Shown here piece by piece: positions 61,333 through 64,000 of a DNA stretch of 64,000 bases. The translations under genes were made by a program, and so were the position numbers. This stretch comes from Guillardia theta CCMP2712. Its lineage: Eukaryota > Protista > Cryptophyta. Location of the stretch: the NCBI RefSeq assembly GCF_000315625.1, contig NW_005434578.1, forward strand, positions 1 through 64,000, given 5' to 3'. How positions within the stretch are numbered: position 1 is the first letter of the stretch; the number at the start of each line of letters is the position of its first letter. The notes below the pieces were generated by a model. That model ran no database searches. It was given only the letters and a program-made list of their open reading frames with translations, and was not told the origin of the DNA.

Positions 61333-63892
61333 TTAGATAGAAGGCTGGAATCTTACATGATCTTGAGATGACGGAGCGATGGCAACACCCTCTGAAAGAA
61401 ACTGAAGGAGCATGAGAGAAACACGAGGCCAAGAGCAGAATCACCGAATCGTAGGCACGAGGGTTGAGAGCAATCTCAGTAGCCTTGGAGATGTACTGGT
61501 CATGCTGCAGAAATTGTGAGCAAGGGAAGAGGTAGCAAAGGTCTTCTTACCCTCAGCGCGTGAGCGATCCTGACTGTCTCTGGTTCACATCTTGCCCTGT
61601 AGATGAGACTTCAGTACAGGAGACGAGTCGACGAGGCAAGTGACCTCAGTGCATCCTCAATACGCTGAGAGATCAAATCTCGATGCTCCATCATGTTGCC
61701 TGCAATGTTGATCTCAGTCTTTGATCCAAACGCCGCTCCCCTCCTCTTCCCCCTTCTGCTCACCTCCCCTTCTCCTCTCTACCTCCTCCTCCTCTCCCCC
61801 TCCTACTCACTCAAGAGCTCAGAGTGAGCCATCTCCTGAAGGCGATCCAATTCGCCCTTGAGCTTCGGGAAGCCTCCGAGGGACACGGCTTCTGACAGCT
61901 CGCGAATGGCTCCGTCAAACCTCGTGCGGAGCTCGAACCCGCTCTCCTTCTGCGAACCGCATGAGACTCGTCCTCATGGCAGGTAGACACAAAAAGTCAC
62001 AGGTAGGGAGACGAGAAGGGGGGGGGGAGGGGAAGGGGGGGAGGATCCTAGTCTGAGATGTACTCTACCTTGTCTGAGATGTACTTGACGAACTCGTCGA
62101 ACACCTGAGGCGTGACGATGTCGTTGTCCTTCCAGATCAGCTTCTCGTTGACTAGATCCGGGTGTTCAACCGCCCACTTGCTTGCAAAGTTGAGGTAAGA
62201 GCCTTGCTCCACCAACTGCAGCTCGATCTCCGACTGACTGGGTGCCGGTATCATCAGATCCGGTTCCACCCCTCCTCCGTCCCTTACGAGCCGGCCCTTG
62301 GATGTCTTGAATACCTTCCTCTCCCCGTCCTTGACCACCCTCGACACGTACCCCTGCCCAGCTGGCACACTTGACCTACCCAACTTCGCCTCTTCCACCC
62401 CTCCTTCCTGGTATTTAACGCTCTGGATGCATCGGCCGCTAGGCGTGTAGTACTTGGCGACCGTGTACTTGAGAGAAGTATCGTAGGGCAGGTGGGCAAC
62501 CTGCTGAACGAGCCCCTTCCCAAACGTCTTCTCCCCCACGATGATGCCCCTGTCATGGTCCTGAATCGCGCCAGCAACAATCTCAGCTGCCGACGCCGTG
62601 CGCCGGTCTGTCAACACGATCACCTTGGTGCTGGGATCGAGCACAGGATCACGCTGAGACGTGTATGACCATACGGGCCCATCCCTTCCCTTGGTAGTGA
62701 CGATGACAGATCCCCGGGGGACAAACTGCTCAGCAACATCTACCGCACTGGTCAGGAGGCCACCAGGATTTCCGCGGAGGTCGAGCACAACTGCCTTCAG
62801 CTTGCCGTCGGCTGTGCTTTCCTTGAGTTGCTCCAAGGCATTCTTCACTTCCCTGCCAGCGTCGACAGCGAACCCCTTGAGCTGGATGTACCCGATCGAG
62901 TCCGCCCAAGGGCCAATGCGCATTGCCAGCGACACGTCCTTGATGTGGATCTGATCTCGATGAAGGACGACCTCACCCGGCTTCTCCAACCCATCCCGGT
63001 AGAACGCAACCCTCACATCCGACCCTGGCTTCCCTCTCAGCAGGTTCGTCACATCGGCAATGGATTTTCCATCCAGATACTCATCGTCAACTTTGAAGAT
63101 GTGATCTCCGGGCCGAAGACCGGCATCGTATGCGTACCCTTCAAGCGCATTCATGACCCTGAAACTTTTCGTCTCCTTCTCCCTCCCGTCACGCCCGATC
63201 TTCCAATCCTCTGCAAGCCCCACTCCAACCCCTCCGTACGTGCCAAACGTTTGAATCTGGAGGTTCTCCGCAGCCTTGTTGTTCTCGAACTCAGTGTATG
63301 GGTCGAGGGAGCCCAGCATCGCTCTCACTCCCGTCTCAAAGAGCTTCTCCGTCGACACTTTCTCCACATATCCAGTGTCGATGTCTCGGAGGATGTGCTC
63401 AAACAGAGCCACGTCCTCCACAACGCTCGAGCTGGGCTCCTGAATCTGCGGCTCCGGCACGAAGTAGACCAGGGAGACGAACATGGCCCCGGTAAGGACA
63501 ACGGAGCCAACGAGCCACGAGAAGATCGCAACAGGGACAGAGACCTTGAACGATGGTTGGAAGAGCATGTTCCAGATGTCCACCGCTCGCTGCAAGGGAC
63601 TCTTGACGCCCTGCTTCTCGTCTTCTTTCGAGACCCCGCTCATCGACACTCTCGTCAGGATGTTCAGCATCCTGTTGCTATGTCCGCCAGAACGGATCAT
63701 GTGGCGACACATGTCCCCTTTCCTTGGGCTGTGGGCAACACCCCTCGATGGAGTCGTAACGAATGCTGGCATGAGAATCGACTGGGGTGGTGTCAAGGGT
63801 CGGACAGGAGACAGCTGTAAAGAGTGGCGAACAACAGCAAGGAGAAGAAGACGTAGCAAGGACCGAGGAGAAACCATTGACGTCCTCTTCAT
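61333..63892 (-). CDS. S41 C-terminal processing peptidase (CtpA/Prc-like) with PDZ domain, probably plastid-targeted; 3' end approximate
   Basis: MLGSLDPYT, PDZ AYDAGLRPGD, IGYIQL, LDLRGNPGGLL, TASAAEIVAGAIQD (catalytic Ser), TFGKGLVQ (Lys), AKYYTPSGRCIQ, GGVEPD. Signal peptide, transit-like region and TM helix; small 3' exons follow 62068. Confidence 0.93.
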
Positions 63893-64000
63893 CTGAGAAC
63901 ATGGTTAGGTCAGATGACTTGGCCTTTCGGAGCGCAAGCTCTTAGGAGGCTAAGTCTTCGTATAATTACGCCTCCTGTTGTCAACGAACACTACCATCCC

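Noticed and set aside
62828-63820. 330-aa + strand ORF (likewise 25404-26114, 11753-12355, 41020-41532)
   Set aside because: Antisense shadows of well-supported genes on the opposite strand.

Overview
Gene-dense eukaryotic nuclear DNA. It has many short (about 40-100 nt) spliceosomal introns, microsatellite-filled longer introns and five N gaps. Several proteins carry signal-peptide + transit-peptide-like N-termini (ilvD has an AF motif), so the source is probably an alga with a secondary red plastid (cryptophyte-like; inference). Recognisable genes: two PDZ proteins, a degenerate CoA-disulfide-reductase/rhodanese fusion, a PDS/ZDS-superfamily flavoprotein, dihydroxy-acid dehydratase (ilvD), an OS-9-like MRH lectin, an aldo-keto reductase, an ePHD-PHD-ARID-SPOC chromatin protein, a 5'-truncated CDC7-like kinase, a PhyH-like protein, a RING-H2 ligase, a cytochrome b5/b5-reductase fusion and an S41 C-terminal peptidase. 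Non-coding structure includes a 463-bp palindrome, a 154-bp dispersed repeat, recurrent GC-rich mosaic islands, GGGGTA-rich intergenic tracts, a decayed ~2.5-kb tandem duplication and a 137-bp hairpin-bearing tandem array. The most notable unexplained signals are that array and two small unannotated proteins sharing the C-terminal motif QLQSLxxxIxxIEGxxxxVNALGxE. Exon boundaries were read by eye and no searches were run.
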